Part shown: positions 38,218 through 51,550 of the stretch, piece after piece
How the letters are laid out: each line of letters starts with the position of its first letter
Position numbering within the stretch: position 1 is the stretch's first letter
NCBI RefSeq assembly: GCF_009834535.1
Contig: NC_045697.1
Location: 17,920,001 to 17,984,000 of the forward strand
Length of the DNA stretch: 64,000 nt
Direction: 5' to 3'
Origin: Camelus ferus
Lineage: Eukaryota
Program-made: the position numbers and the translations under genes
Notes under the pieces: generated by a model
Told to the model about the DNA's origin: nothing
Database searches by the model: none
Seen by the model: only the letters and a program-made list of their open reading frames with translations

Positions 38218-38493
38218 GTACTTGAAGTTTATTGAGTTGCCCTTGTCTCAGAGGAAGTTTTGTCAAAGATGTCAGCAGTTGGTACTGCCAGACGACGGGG
38301 AGAAGCACCGTGAGCATCAGATAGTGGGTGACGTCTCCATCACCCAGTTAAAAAGGCCCAGTCAGCTCCTCTGTCCCTTGGAAAACAAGAAGACAAATGC
38401 CCAGTATTTGTTTGCTGATAGGAGCTGTCTGTTCTTAGTGGACCTGCTCTCTACCCTTGGGTTCAGAAGAGTACTGTGTGTTGGAACACCAAG
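38218..38493 (+). CDS. ZCCHC4: ZCCHC4 exon 4
   Basis: ttgcag|G...CCAAG|gtatgt; [34 protein letters not shown]...[11 protein letters not shown]...RRVLCVGTP(R); 276 nt. Confidence 0.97.
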
Positions 38494-38939
38494 GTATGTT
38501 ATGTGGTATTTTAAACACTTCTATCACCCCTATTGAAAGTGTAAGAAAAATTTTTAAGTAGTTATTTACTATGTGCAGGGTACAACATGAAGCTTCAGGT
38601 GTGCAAAGGAAGCATAAAGCATGGTCCCTCTGTGAAAGTTTGTAATCTTTATTCCGTCTGAGAGAAATCCTTACAGATTTCTGATATGTGATAGGAGATG
38701 CTTTCTGATTTGATTCTTAAGTTGTTTATTATAACTTTAGAATTCTTTGTTTCAGAAAAGTTCTACTCTTTAACAAATATCTGCAAAATTGAAATGACGC
38801 TTATATCTGTCAAATTTTCTTCAGTGTTTCATTGAAACACTAGAAAGATCAGGAGAACATGGGTGGGTTTTTATTTGTTTGCTTGTTGTCTGTGGCATGT
38901 GTAATTTCTTATTAAATTTGCTTTCACTAATTGCTTTAG

Positions 38940-39020
38940 GTTGCATGAGCTGATCAGGTTGAAAACATCAGGTGACGAGAAGTCTAACATTAAAAGCCTT
39001 TTATTGGATATTGATTTTCG
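38940..39020 (+). CDS. ZCCHC4: ZCCHC4 exon 5
   Basis: tttag|G...TTTCG|gtaggt; LHELIRLKTSGDEKSNIKSLLLDIDF(R); 81 nt. Confidence 0.96.
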
Positions 39021-40164
39021 GTAGGTTTACAAAGTATATTTATTCTCCTTCATTGTCTCCTGTTTCTTTTTAATGGCTTCCTCCTGTTAATCCTGTTACA
39101 ATCCTTTACCCAACATTGAGAAGCAGTAATGTGTTACAAGCATCATGTTAATCAGAGAAACTCAACATGGACTCTTCCATATTTCAGACAGGGAGGCGGT
39201 AGGTTGCTCTTTTTGCTAGTGTGCTTCCTAAATTTTCTCTGTGAATGGGTCCAGCTGTCTTTGGCTTATAATTTAGAGATACATTTTTATTGAATGAAAT
39301 TTCTTCTCATATACTTGTTTTTCAAAGGTAATTCTGAATTACCTCTAGGATTTTGTTTTGTCATGATGTTTTAAATGTGATGACATTTATTTTAATATTT
39401 TTACCAGATGATGTGCTTTCTGTCTTTCACTGGACATAGCCTGAAGTGAAGAGAGTGCTAACTGTGGAAAAGACAGGTCCCCAGGCAGAGGATAAGCAAA
39501 CAGATATGCTTTGTGGGAGAGGGTCAGAATTAAATGACACCTGATATGTTGGACAAACAGAAGAGACAGCAGACCATACCTTGACTCCCCTGTGGTGATA
39601 ATTGAGAAGATACGGGTTTCTGATTTACAACACAGAATGGCAAACGTGTCCATCCATAGACTCTCTGATTCTGTAAACTTGAAGTACTCTTCCTAGTTTC
39701 TGTAATTGTTTGAATTCCAGGAGTTCATGGTGAGTGTGTAAGACACCGTGTTCTTAGTATATTTCACTTGTTCTTGAGTGTATTGAAGGAATCATGCTTT
39801 GAGTTTCTTTTTATTTAACCTGATAGAGTCTATTTGGCTAATATTCCAATATTTACTGGAGAGAATCTATGAAATGATATATACTTTTTCTTCCTAATAA
39901 CAAGGCAGACAGATTTTTAAAGTGTAAAAGTTCACAATAAAAAGTATAGCTTTCGTCTTTATTTTTCTTTAGATTTCCAAGTAAACTTTAGGTTATCTAA
40001 GATAAGCAGGTACATTTCTCAGAAATAAGCCACACTTTCTGTAACTTTCATCTCATATTAACAGAACTAGCACACTTTACAAATACCTGCTTGATGTGAG
40101 CGATCCTCAGCGAAATCGAATCCCCTAGGTGATAATACAGACTTCTTCAAGAAAACTCAGTTTC

Positions 40165-40510
40165 TTTTTTTAAATTGAGGTATGATTCACTTAAAATTTA
40201 CCATTTTAAAGTGAGTATTTCAGCAGTTTCTGGTATATTCACTAAGTTTTGCGTCCACCCCCCATAATTCCAGAACGTTTTTAATAACACTGAAAAGAAA
40301 CTCCTTACTTCCCCTAATAACCCCGCTAATCTGCTTTCTGTCTCCATAGATTTGTCTGTTCTGGTTGTTTTATACAAATGGAATCATACAATGTGTGACC
40401 TCTGTCTGGCCTCTTTCACTTAACATAATGTTTTCAAGGTTCATCCATGTCTTAGCAGATAAGTGTACTTTTAAAAAATAGCTGTATAATTTTCCATTGT
40501 ATGAATATGG
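40165..40510 (-). mobile_element. Old L1 3'-end fragment
   Basis: TTTTAAATTGAGGTATGATTCAC...ATGGAATCATACAATGTGTGACC...GTTCATCCATGT antisense L1 3'UTR motifs. Confidence 0.75.
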
Positions 40511-41159
40511 TAGTTTCTTTTTTTAACTACCACGTGTCTTTCCTAAAATATTATTGTTAAATTATCACAAATGTATTATTTTAAAGGTAGAAGTTTAACT
40601 TTTAGGTTCTTTTAATACCATTATTAACAATAACTATTAACAATAACTGAAATTTAGTGAATGTTTGTTATGTGTCAAACTCTGTTCTAACTTACCTGGT
40701 CCTCATAATAGCCCTGTTAGGTAGATGCTATTACCATTCTCCTTTTCCTCAGAGGAGAAAACTGAGGTGCAAAGACATTAAATAACTTGACCACAGTCAC
40801 AGTTTATAAATGGCCAGTCAGTCTGGCTCCAAAAATTAAGTTGTCCTCTGGAAATAACCTTGCTTTTGAAAGTGTATATAAGCCTTTCTTATATAGCTCA
40901 TTTCTTTCTTGTCATCCTTCTGTCTTTCCCTTTCTCCATCTACAGCAGTTTTCCAATGAGTTAATAACTGGTTTCCAGATTATTCATATATTTAGAATAA
41001 GGCACTTACAGTAGTCAGGGATCTTTCATTAGAGGCCTGGACATCTGTTTATGTCAGAGAGCACGTACTGGCTCTCGTTACTGGAGTCTAGGATACAGCA
41101 GGCTTTAGCCCAGTTGAGATCCTGGGCCTCACACAATGTTGTTAAGGCCATAACAGGTA

Positions 41160-42480
41160 TATATCTATGAGTAGAATTGCTTGGTCATACAGTAATTTTA
41201 TGTTTAACTTCTTGAGGAACTGCCAAAATGTTTTCCAAAGTGACTGCACTGTTTTGTATTCCCAACAGCAATGTAGGAGAGTTCCAGTTTCTCTACATCC
41301 TTGTTAACACTGTTGCTGTCTATCTTTTTGAGTCCTGTCTCATTGTGGTTTGTTTTGCATTTTATTGATGGCTAATGATTTTCATATGCTTATGGCCAAT
41401 TGTTTATCTTTTTGGAGAAATAGCTATACAATTCTTTACTCATTTTTTAATAGGTTATTTGTCTTATTGTTGAATTGAAAGAGTTCTTAATATATTATGG
41501 GTACTGGACCCTTATCAGATATGTGATTTGCAAATATTTTCTCCCATTTTGTGGGTAGTCTTTTTGCTTTTGATGAAGTCTCTTTTTTCTTTGGTTGTTT
41601 GTGTTTTAGGTGTCATATCTAAGAAACTATTATTTAACCCAAAGCCGTGAATATTTACACTTGTTTTTTGTAAGAGTTTTAAATTTTAGCTCTTACATTT
41701 AGTTCATTGATTTGAGTTAATTTTTGCATATGGTATGAGATAGGGGTCCAGCTTCATTCTCTACATGTGGATATCTGTTACCATGGTGCCATTTGTTAAA
41801 ATGATTATTCTTTTCCCATTGAATTCTCTTGGCACCTTATTGAAAAGCAAATAATCATAAATGTATGGATTTATTTGTAGACTCTCAATTCTTTTCCGTT
41901 GAACTGTCTGTCCTTATGCCAGTCCCACACAGTCTTGATTATTGTTGTTTCGTAGTAAGTTTTGAAATTGGGAAATGTGAATCTTTCAATTTAATTCTTT
42001 TCCTAGATTGTTTTGGCCATGGTGGGTTCCTTGCATTTCTGTATGAATTTTAGAATCAGCTTGTTAATTTCTACAAAAAAGCCAGCTGGGGATTTTATAG
42101 GGATTGTGTTGAATTTGAAGATCAATTTGGGGAGTATTTACATCTTAATATTAAGTGTTCTGGTTCATGAATATGAGGTGTCTTTTCATTTATTTAGATC
42201 TTCTTTAATTTCTTTAAATAATATTTTGTAGTTTCCAGTGTACAGGTCTTCTTGTACTTCTTTTGTTAAATTTATTCCTAAACACTTTATTCTTTTTTGT
42301 TGCTATTGTAAATTAAATTGTTTTCTTAATTTTATTTTGTTTGTGTTTGTTGTTGTTTTGGGGGGAATTAATTTTATTTATTTACTTATTTTGATGGAGG
42401 TCCTGGGGATTGCTAAGCATACACTCTACCACTGAGCTGTATCCTCTCATCTTAATTTTATTTTGTATTGTTCATGGCTG
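41160..42480 (-). mobile_element. Old L1 ORF2 fragment, antisense
   Basis: CCCTTATCAGATATGTGATTTGCAAATATTTTCTCCCATT and GTAGTAAGTTTTGAAATTGGGAAATGTGA antisense L1 motifs. Confidence 0.8.
42341..42449 (-). mobile_element. tRNA-Ala-derived SINE with 20-nt internal deletion, nested in L1
   Basis: 17-bp TSD TCTTAATTTTATTTTGT at 42324-42340 and 42450-42466. Confidence 0.85.
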
Positions 42481-44294
42481 ATACCCTGATTTACTTGTTT
42501 TTTAAAAAATTGTGATAAGATACACATAGCATAAAATTTACTGTTAATTATTTTTAAAGTGTACTGTTCAGTGAAGTACATTCACATCATTGTGCACCAT
42601 TCTCTAGAACTCTTTGCATCTTAACTGCTTTACTTTTAATTTGAAAGATTTATATGGCCCTTTAACTCTTTTGCTTAAATGCTGTGCCTTGTAGTTTTAC
42701 CTTTTTTGAGCCTGTAGTTGAAATTCCCTGGTCAGAGTAGGGAGTAGGGAGTAGGGAATGTGGATGAAATTCACATGTGGAATACACAGATGCTTTTTTC
42801 TTTCCATGTCTATAAACTTCTGTGTGTGTGTTGCAAATAAAAGCTGAAGGTATTGTATTGTGAATGTCTTGGCTTAGCTTCTTTGGTAGCATACTCTGTT
42901 TCTGAGTCAGTTCTGGAAAATCAGCATTGGGTGCTAAGAGAGGGCTGGTTTATTGAAATACGTTAGTAGCCAGGATGAACTCAGTCTGTTGCCTGTATTT
43001 ACGTTATGATGGAGTGTGGGATGGGTTCAGATTTCTCACAAGGACCATAATTAAATCAGGAAAAATTCCTGTGTGGTGTAGAGTGGCAGTGAAGAGTTCC
43101 TTTTGACTTTGGTTTGTTGCCCTGCAAAAGGTCTGTGCAAGGCTGCAGAGAGCTCTCAACTCCAGTGTTCTATATAGATGCGCTATAAATGTCCTTTTCA
43201 GGGGGTCTAAGATATGAAGTTAGCATTTGCTAAGATGGATTTCTATGTGCTCTAATTTTAGCATGAAAGATGTGAAACTGTTTGGTAAACTATCATCCAA
43301 ATAAAGTTATATCAAAAAAATGAATTTCTTAGGTTCATTTCATGAACTAATTTTATTCAGCTCTTGATTACATTTCCTGTGTGTAGAACATGTTTCACAC
43401 TTGGAAACTGACTCTCATTTAAGGAGAATGAATGGCCAAATTAAATGAATGTCCTTTTGAGCAGTTTTCAAGTGCATGCATTTCTGATTGGTTTTGTTTG
43501 CCTTATTCATTGGAGAGAATAATTCTTTGTGGCTGACTTCATTTTAAGAGGATAATGTTGAGTGATTTTTCATAATTTAAATATGAATAATTTTGCTATC
43601 TTGTTTGTGTTTGATGGAAACTTAGCTGAAATCTTGGCTTTTTTTTTTCTCTCTGGCTATGCCCGCTGCTGCCCAGAACGTTGGACAGGTGTGCTGTGAT
43701 GAATTTTATGTAAATAAAATTTTTATTTTTAATTAAAAAAAATGACTATTGTGTCGTGAAGCAGTGAAAAAATGGAGGAGGGTGGAAATATCTTTAAAAA
43801 GGAATTATATTTTCCTTGCTCGCACAAAGCAATGCAAGAGATAAGAACACCCTCAAATGATAGTTGATCCACAACTGTAGTCGTATTGATATATATATAA
43901 ATTAAATAATTGATATAGATGTATTATCAGCTATTTAGAATTTTGTTAAATAGGAACACTTTTGTTTATTAATGATAATTGACATTGTCCCACAGTTTTT
44001 GGAATGTTCCTTAGATCACAGTATATAGTTTAAATATTTTTCAGTTATCTAAACTTTCTGTTTATTTCTTTAGTGCACATTTATATTTTATGAAATCAGC
44101 AGGTGTACTAGCAGTACCTTAAATGATATTAAGGGATAGTGTACTGAGAATGGCAAACAGCTGTTCTTCCATCTCCACAGAACAAGAAGAAATGGATTTA
44201 GATTATAGGAGGAGAAACATAATTCTCTAATATTAGAGACATTAAGACATAAATCTTTATAGCTGGTGTTTATTAAAATAATACCTCACATTTC

Positions 44295-44520
44295 AGTATA
44301 AGCTATGCAACCGACATTGTATTAAGCACTTTACGTACATTATCTTATTTATTCTTACCAAATCCTGTGAGGTAGAAACTATTATTTTTCCTATTTTGTA
44401 GATGAAGAAACTGAGGCTCAGACAGGTTAAATAACTTACTAGGGTTATACAGCTAATAAGTGAAGCGACCCAGAGTTTGAAACCAGACCGCCTGACTGTA
44501 GCGCCTGTGCTATTAGCCAC
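44295..44520 (-). mobile_element. MIR SINE
   Basis: TTTTGTAGATGAAGAAACTGAGGCTCAGACAGGTTAAATAACTT MIR core. Confidence 0.8.
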
Positions 44521-45501
44521 AGCGTAACAGGACAGGGATAAACTAGGCTTGTCCACCACGTTAAGTAGTCAGCATGGCTGGTGACTCAGTTGTGGACAGT
44601 AATGAGTAACTGCAAGTAGAAGTAGCAGCAGAGAATTGCCGCTGTCATGATTTGGTTGAAGAAGTTGTGTATGGAAGGATGTGTCCCTGATTTTTTTCTG
44701 TCTTTCCACTAGATTATGAATTCTGTAGAAGGATGATGTGGTTCATATATGAATTGTTTATGACAAAATAATGGAAGTTCAAAATCCTATTGAGATAAAA
44801 GGGGTTTCTATATTAGACCAAAAGCTCAGAAATCAGCAAGAAAAACATTAAGGCCCAAAGACATAAATGGGGAAAACAGAGACAGACAGTACCAATACAA
44901 TTAAGGGATAAAGAAAATTCAGTCTTGTAAGAAATCAAATAAATGCAAATTTAATGCATAATGTGGTATGAATTTTGCCTAGTAAATTAGCAAAAATTTA
45001 TAAAATGTTAATACCCAAAGCTGGCACTCTCATTCATTACTGATTGCATTTTTAAGTAGCATGTTAGAAGAATAAAATGATCCAATCAGTAAATAAATAT
45101 CCGCTTTCCTGGCACTAATTCAGTAAATATGAAATGCATATACTTCTTTTTCTTACATATTAAGAAGCATATTTTATTAAGCTAATGTGCAGCAGATAAG
45201 AAAAACTCTGTATTAAATACCCTTTTTTTTAACCACAGAAGAGAATAATTAACGGCTCTTGAGCAGAAATGTTGATTCAGTATTTTCCTCAAAATTATTA
45301 ACTATGAGAGATGTATTTTAATTGCCAACCCATCTCAAGCTTAACGTGCTTAATAATCTGTCAGGCATATGATTATTTATGTATGATCTTCTGGTTCTTA
45401 GGAACTTGTGTATTTTTTATATATATGAGTATTCCGTAGTTTTGCCACTGGCTTATTAAACTTGGGACTATAAATTAAGTTATTCATCCACTATTACTGC
45501 C

Positions 45502-45638
45502 TTTTTTTTTTTTTTTTTTTTTTTGGTGTGGGTAGGTAATTAGGTTTATTTTGTTTTTCGTGGACATACTGGGGATTGAACCCAGGACCTTGTGCATGCT
45601 AAGCATGCGCTCTACCACTGAGCTATACCCTTTCTGCC
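45502..45638 (-). mobile_element. tRNA-Ala-derived SINE (vic-1-like) with long A tail
   Basis: Long T run followed by the reverse-complement tRNA-Ala head; near-TSD TATTACTG(C/A)CT on both sides. Confidence 0.88.
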
Positions 45639-45810
45639 TTATTACTGACTTCTTAAGATTTGGGGAAAGTATTCTTTATTTCAGATAACTAAAGGATGAT
45701 GAAATTGATTTCATTAAAAGTGTGATTTCATAGCTTTAAAATTTAGTTTATATTTATCTACTGCATAGCTATGACTGGACAAGTAACTACAGTAATAAAT
45801 TATTTTACAG

Positions 45811-45883
45811 GTATTCACAGTTTTATATGGAAGATAGTTTTTGCCATTATAACATGTTTAACCATCACTTCTTTGATGGAAAG
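45811..45883 (+). CDS. ZCCHC4: ZCCHC4 exon 6
   Basis: tttacag|G...AAG|gtaaga; [24 protein letters not shown]; 73 nt. Confidence 0.97.
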
Positions 45884-46486
45884 GTAAGAATTATGACCGT
45901 TTTCTCTCTTTTTTTATTGTGTTTCCTTCATTGTTTTTCTGGAATCCCTGAAGAACAAATGGTGGCTGTCCCACCATCTATCAATATTTATTTTTGTTTA
46001 TTCACTGAGTGTGTATGGAGCATCTATAGGTGGTCAATGTTATTCATCTTTCATGACTTTTCACTGCTTTTGGGTAGAGACCCACTTTCTCACCAAGGCC
46101 CACATAGCTTTGTGTGATATGATCTCTGCCACTGTCCAGCCTGTCCTCTCCCCATTCCTGCTTTGTTGTTTGTTTTCAGGACATAGGACATTCATCTCTA
46201 ACTGGCCTTTCTAACAAAGGGTTTTTTTTGCCCATGCTGTTCCCTCCACCTTCCATTCTCTCTTTGCCTTGTTCATTTCACTTCATTCTTCAGAACCCTG
46301 TTCCAAGTCACTTTCTCCAGCCTCCTCTGACCATCAGACAAGGTCAAGTTCTCCTTTGTAGATTTGTGAAACTGTAATTAAATAATTTTGTGGTTAGTTT
46401 GCTGACTGCCTTTCTGATAAATTTCATGTCCCAGTTAAGGGGATTTATGGTTTTATTAAATTAATCCTTTAAAAAATAGACAGTGT

Positions 46487-46698
46487 CAAGAGTGAACCCC
46501 AGTCTATGAGCTCTGGGTGATAATGATGTATCAGTGTATAAGTTCATCACTTTTAGCAAATGTCCCACCCTGGTGGGGGATGTTGATATGGGGGAGGTTA
46601 TCCATTTGTTGGGCAGGGGTTATGTGGGATGTCTCTGTACCTTCCTCTCAGTTTTGCTATAAACTTAAAACTGCTCTAAAAAAAAATCTTTGAAAAAA
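46487..46698 (+). mobile_element. L1MC-like 3'-end fragment
   Basis: CAAGAGTGAACCC...CTCTGTACCTTCCTCTCAGTTTTGCTATAAACTTAAAACTGCTCTAAAA; visibly homologous to 29531-29727. Confidence 0.75.
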
Positions 46699-49600
46699 GA
46701 GTAGCTGGAAAAAAAAACTTCTTTCAATATGATGTTAATAGTGTCATTGTGAATAAACAACATAACAAAACTGATATTTCTACTCCTAATTTGAGCTCTT
46801 TGTCAGTCCTATTACAAAGTAAAATCTGTAACCAACCAAGTAATCACACCTGGCAGGAGGTTGGCCAAAAATATTTGAAAGTATCAAGATTACTTGAAGC
46901 ATGTCCATACATATATGCATATATACCAATTTTTAAAGAATTGTGGACCACGCTTAAGTATATATTGTGCTTTAAGATATTGGCTAATGATAGAATGAAA
47001 ACCAAGCAAGGCTAAAAAACTAAGTCTAAATTGTTGGTTGAGATTGAAAAATGAGTCTCCTGATTTAGTAAGTGTAGCCAGTAATGTACTCCTTCCATCC
47101 ATCAGTTTAGCATTTGGATACATAACTTTTCAGCAGTGAATGCCGTAAAAACTAAGTATTGAATTAATTAGCAGTTAGAATTAGATTTATCTCACTATTT
47201 CCCAAATGGGCTTCTGTGGTTGATAATCACCACGACTTGAGAACTGGTTAGATGAGCGTGAAGGAGGCCAAGGAGCTGAAAAATCCCTTGACAGCAAATG
47301 ATGAGGGGTTAATCACCTCGGACAGTGACGGTGGGAAAAAGAGGAAAGACGTGGATTCTGAAGGCATTTCACAGATGGAAACAAAAAGACTTGGAGTAAT
47401 CACTGTGTGTACACCTGACACTAATATATGTCATATGTCATACATCAATTAAAAAAAAAAGACTTGGTGATAAGTGTGCCGGAAGAGAAGTCAAAGATAA
47501 CTTGGGGGCGTGGCCTGGATTCATCTTTCATTCTTCAAAACGGAGTAGGGACGTTTGGAAGGGAGGTTTGTAAATGTTGGGTTTGTGGGGCTGGCAGAAT
47601 ATCAACATGCACGTGTCCAGTGTAGCCTCTTGAAACTGTGGGGCCTTGAACTGAGGGGTGCAGTTGGTGCTGGGACACAAATGAGGAAGTAACTGAGTTT
47701 ATATTATTGCTTGATGCTGCAGTAATGGGTCAGGTATTTGTTTGTTTTTAATACTGTACAATGATTTTGAACAATAACAAGAGTAAAAATACATTTAAAT
47801 AACTAACAGTTGGCTAGCAATTTCATATATTCTAAGAAAGTAACATATAAATGACCTTTTTCTATGAAATTCTGTGTAACTTTTATTGAGAATTTATAGG
47901 TTTCTAGAATAAATGGTTGGAATAAGGTGCCACGACTGAGTTCCACGTACTGTTTCCCAGAAGGAAATAGTCATCCAGCCCAGGCTCTCCTTTGTCTATT
48001 TTTTAGGGGCAGTCTCTAAATAGCACTGCCGCGGTAGAAAATGACCTACAGAAAACTATCGTTTTAGTGATTTTACTATCAGCCCTTTTTCTCTCTACTT
48101 CCTGAGTCAAGGTTCTCAGTAGAGATTACCATCTACCAATCAATCACTGAAGTATTTAAGTATCTACTAGGCACATTTGAAGGTATAGGAGCCTTTGAGG
48201 TACCAGGCGCCTTTGAGGATTTAGCCTCTGCCACTACACTCTTTACAGTCCACTGGATTAAAAAGCAGGGGTTTTCTGCACAGGATTTTTTTTCATAGCA
48301 AATAATACAGTCTTTCAGGTAATAAAAAATGCCACATGACTTAATGGTAAAGGTGGTTAAGGTGTGTAGAGACGGTGGCTATTTAAGATACCAAGCACTT
48401 TTTTCATAGTAACTGAGATGAAGAAAACAGTTAAGTTACTGTCAATACTGGTGGCATAAGCAAGCATCTGTTTCTCATAAGTGGTCAGCATGAGGACCCC
48501 AGCACTCAGGATGGGACCCTCCGCCATTGATTCTTACCTGGAAAAGATATTCTGTAATGTTTTATAAATTTGGTTAAGAGTTCAGGCCTCGCTTACTTAT
48601 TTATTTTCTTTTTTCTACTTCTAACTCTAAGGAATTTGAAGGTTTTTCAATAACATCATCTGTACTTTTAGTCCTTGTTCGTGTAGGCAGGTTAAGGAAG
48701 TGCCGGGCAGCACTTGAAAAATGATTAACCTTCTTGACACCATCCTTCGCTGTAGGACTTCCAGCAGGAAGTTAATAAAGACTTTCCTAGAGAAAAGGGA
48801 TTAGGATGTTATTTATGATTTATCCTTTCATCAACTGGATCTTTTAAGTTGATTTACTACTAGAACAATATATTTTTATTATAAAGTACATGCAGGTTTT
48901 TTAAAGTTTTGATGCTATTAAGCTTTAAAATCTTATGCCATTTTGTATACCGTAGGGTTGATTTGCTTATATAGATAAGTACTTGAAAGCAACTACAAAA
49001 TCAGTCAATACTGGAGCTAGTATTATAGCTCTGTCTCTTACTGATTTCTCCCAAAGCAGAAAGTGATAAATATCCTGGATAGTTTTTAATGTTAACCTTG
49101 TAGTTACTAAAAACACTTCAATCAGTTTGTTGGGAAAGTGTGTTAATAGCATGGTCGCATGGCCTGGATAAGCTGTTATTTGTGAACTTTCATTTAGTTA
49201 CTTTGCATGTTCAAAAATGCCTGACTTTTACCTGGTACCCCAAAACGTGTGCATGTTTAACTGGTAATTTGTAGCTCTTATTAAACAGAACTTATGGTGG
49301 TGGACAAACCAGATAGGAAAAAATATGTCTTATTTGTCATTGTGTCTCCAGTGTTCAGCACAGCCCCTGTTTCTGTTTATTGAATTGAATTTAGCATTTT
49401 AGATAGTCTTCATGGGTAATGAGTTTCTCTTTTTTAGGTTACTAAATTTAGTTTGCTAATTTAACCATTTGAAATGTGTAGTCCTCTGATAGTGATGGTG
49501 TTTGAATTTGCAATTCTAAAAACCCACTTATCATGGAACCCAAAGATAAAATCTTATGGGGGCTGAATGAGAGAGGCTTTGGGATGTCACTGAGGGACTC

Positions 49601-49706
49601 TGGGTGAAGTTTCAGTGTGAAGTGTGAACCTAATGCATTCTCCTCCGAATAGGATGAAGTGCCTTCCTCTAGTCCTAATTTAGAAATGAATTTTTATTTG
49701 TTCCAG

Positions 49707-49857
49707 GCTGCCCTTGAAGTATGCAGAACATTTTTACAGGAAGATAAAGGTGAAGGAGTCATTATGGTGACAGATCCTCCTTTTGGTGGCTTGGTTGAAC
49801 CTCTGGCTGTTACATTCAAGAAGTTAATTGCTATGTGGAAAGAAGGTCAAAGCCAAG
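49707..49857 (+). CDS. ZCCHC4: ZCCHC4 exon 7 (catalytic DPPF motif at 49773-49784)
   Basis: ttccag|GCT...CAAG|gtgtat; [50 protein letters not shown]; 151 nt. Confidence 0.97.
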
Positions 49858-51136
49858 GTGTATAATTTATTACTTACTGCAAAATAAACATGTATCTATG
49901 TATCTACTTCCTGTCAAATATTAGCAGAGCTCAGTGAATCAGAGCACCTGATAAAATATAGTATGTCTTAGGTTCTCTTCTTTTTAAAAAATAGGCTTAT
50001 TTGATGATGTGGCAAACTTTATCATCATGGTACACTTCATATTATTCTAATCATGTTTTCTTAAAATGGCTCATAGGTAAAATACTTGTTTTTGGTGGGC
50101 ATATGAAGAATAATAGTGAACTGTTGACATTTATTCAATATTTACTGAATGACCACTATGTTCCAGGTACGGTTTAGGTGCTGGGAATGGAGTAGTGAAC
50201 AAGACAGACACTCATCTCTGCTCTCATGGGCCTTATATTCCCTCTTCCTTAAGTCTTACCCAGAACTCAAAGAGGACACCCAGCTTCTGGGCCACAGCTC
50301 TAAACTGTGCCAAGATTTGTGTGGGAAGGTTGCACGTCTGGGAACCTAACAGTGGTTATCAGTGACACGTGGATACCTGACCTTAGAAGTGGGTTAATGA
50401 CTGGGGGATATTCAGTTTAAAGTGGCTTAGGACTTCAAAGTATTTTATGTAATTATCTAATTAGTCGGTACGATCATTTTTTAGCTTCTAGTTTGCAAGT
50501 TAATAAATTGTAAGATTGTCAGGAATTTGTGATCAAGCTTCTCCATTAATTGTGCCACATAAACAGTGTGCTTTGGGACAGAATGCAAATGAAATCTAAA
50601 ACACGACTCGTGGTGTTAAGTATCCCACTTATTTTTGGTTCTGAAGTCTACTTACCAGAGTGGATAAAGTCGTTGTTGGGGAAGCAATAAAGAGCTTTGT
50701 GGGCTTGCGTTCAATTTTGCTGCTTATTAGCTGCATGAATTTGAACAAATTGCTTAAATTTTGCATCTTCATTTTCCCCATCTGTAAAATGGGATTACTG
50801 TATTACTATCTAACTCCAGGGGTTATTGTAAGGAGATAACATGTAGAAAGTGCCTAGCATTGTGCTCAGTCTATTCCAGGTGCTGTGTTAGTCATAGCTG
50901 TGTCCCCTGTCTCTCGTAAAAACTAATTTTGATAAAATTGTTCATAAGAATCTTCCATGATTCAGAAAAGATGGTTTCATCCCTGAAAACTGGTATGATG
51001 AGTGGTGGCAGAGCTAGGATTCAGACCTAAAGCCTTCTGCCTTCTGGTCCAGGATTCCTGCCACCACATCATGACCACCTTTGTGTTTCCAAGTGATGCT
51101 CATTTTTAATTTCCCACCTTTTTTGTAGTATCTTTT

Positions 51137-51263
51137 TTCTAAATTTTTTTTTGAGGGGGAGGAAATCAGGTTTATTTATTTATTTAATGGAGGTACTGGG
51201 GATTGAACCCAGGACCTTGTACATGCTAAGCATGTGCTCTACCACTGAGCTATACCCTCCCCC
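51137..51263 (-). mobile_element. tRNA-Ala-derived SINE (vic-1-like)
   Basis: Reverse-complement tRNA-Ala head; near-TSD TA(G/A)TATCTTTT at 51126-51136 and 51264-51274. Confidence 0.88.
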
Positions 51264-51550
51264 TAATATCTTTTGCCTTTACCTAGACTATAGTGATATG
51301 CATGTAAAGATCACTTCTATATACCCTGTGTTGCTGTGTTTAGGTATAAAAGAACATTTCCATTGACTTTTGGCAGAGGTCAAGTTGTAAATGGCACTCT
51401 GGTTAATAGTCTCTCCTTTGTATGATTTAAATGTATTGAAAGGTTATAATTTCTCCCAATACCAGATGTTTTTCAGTTATAGCTATCTAATTTATTTTTT
51501 CTCTAATAATAGTCTTTTATTTTCTTTTCTCTTTTTTTGTGATCCATTAG

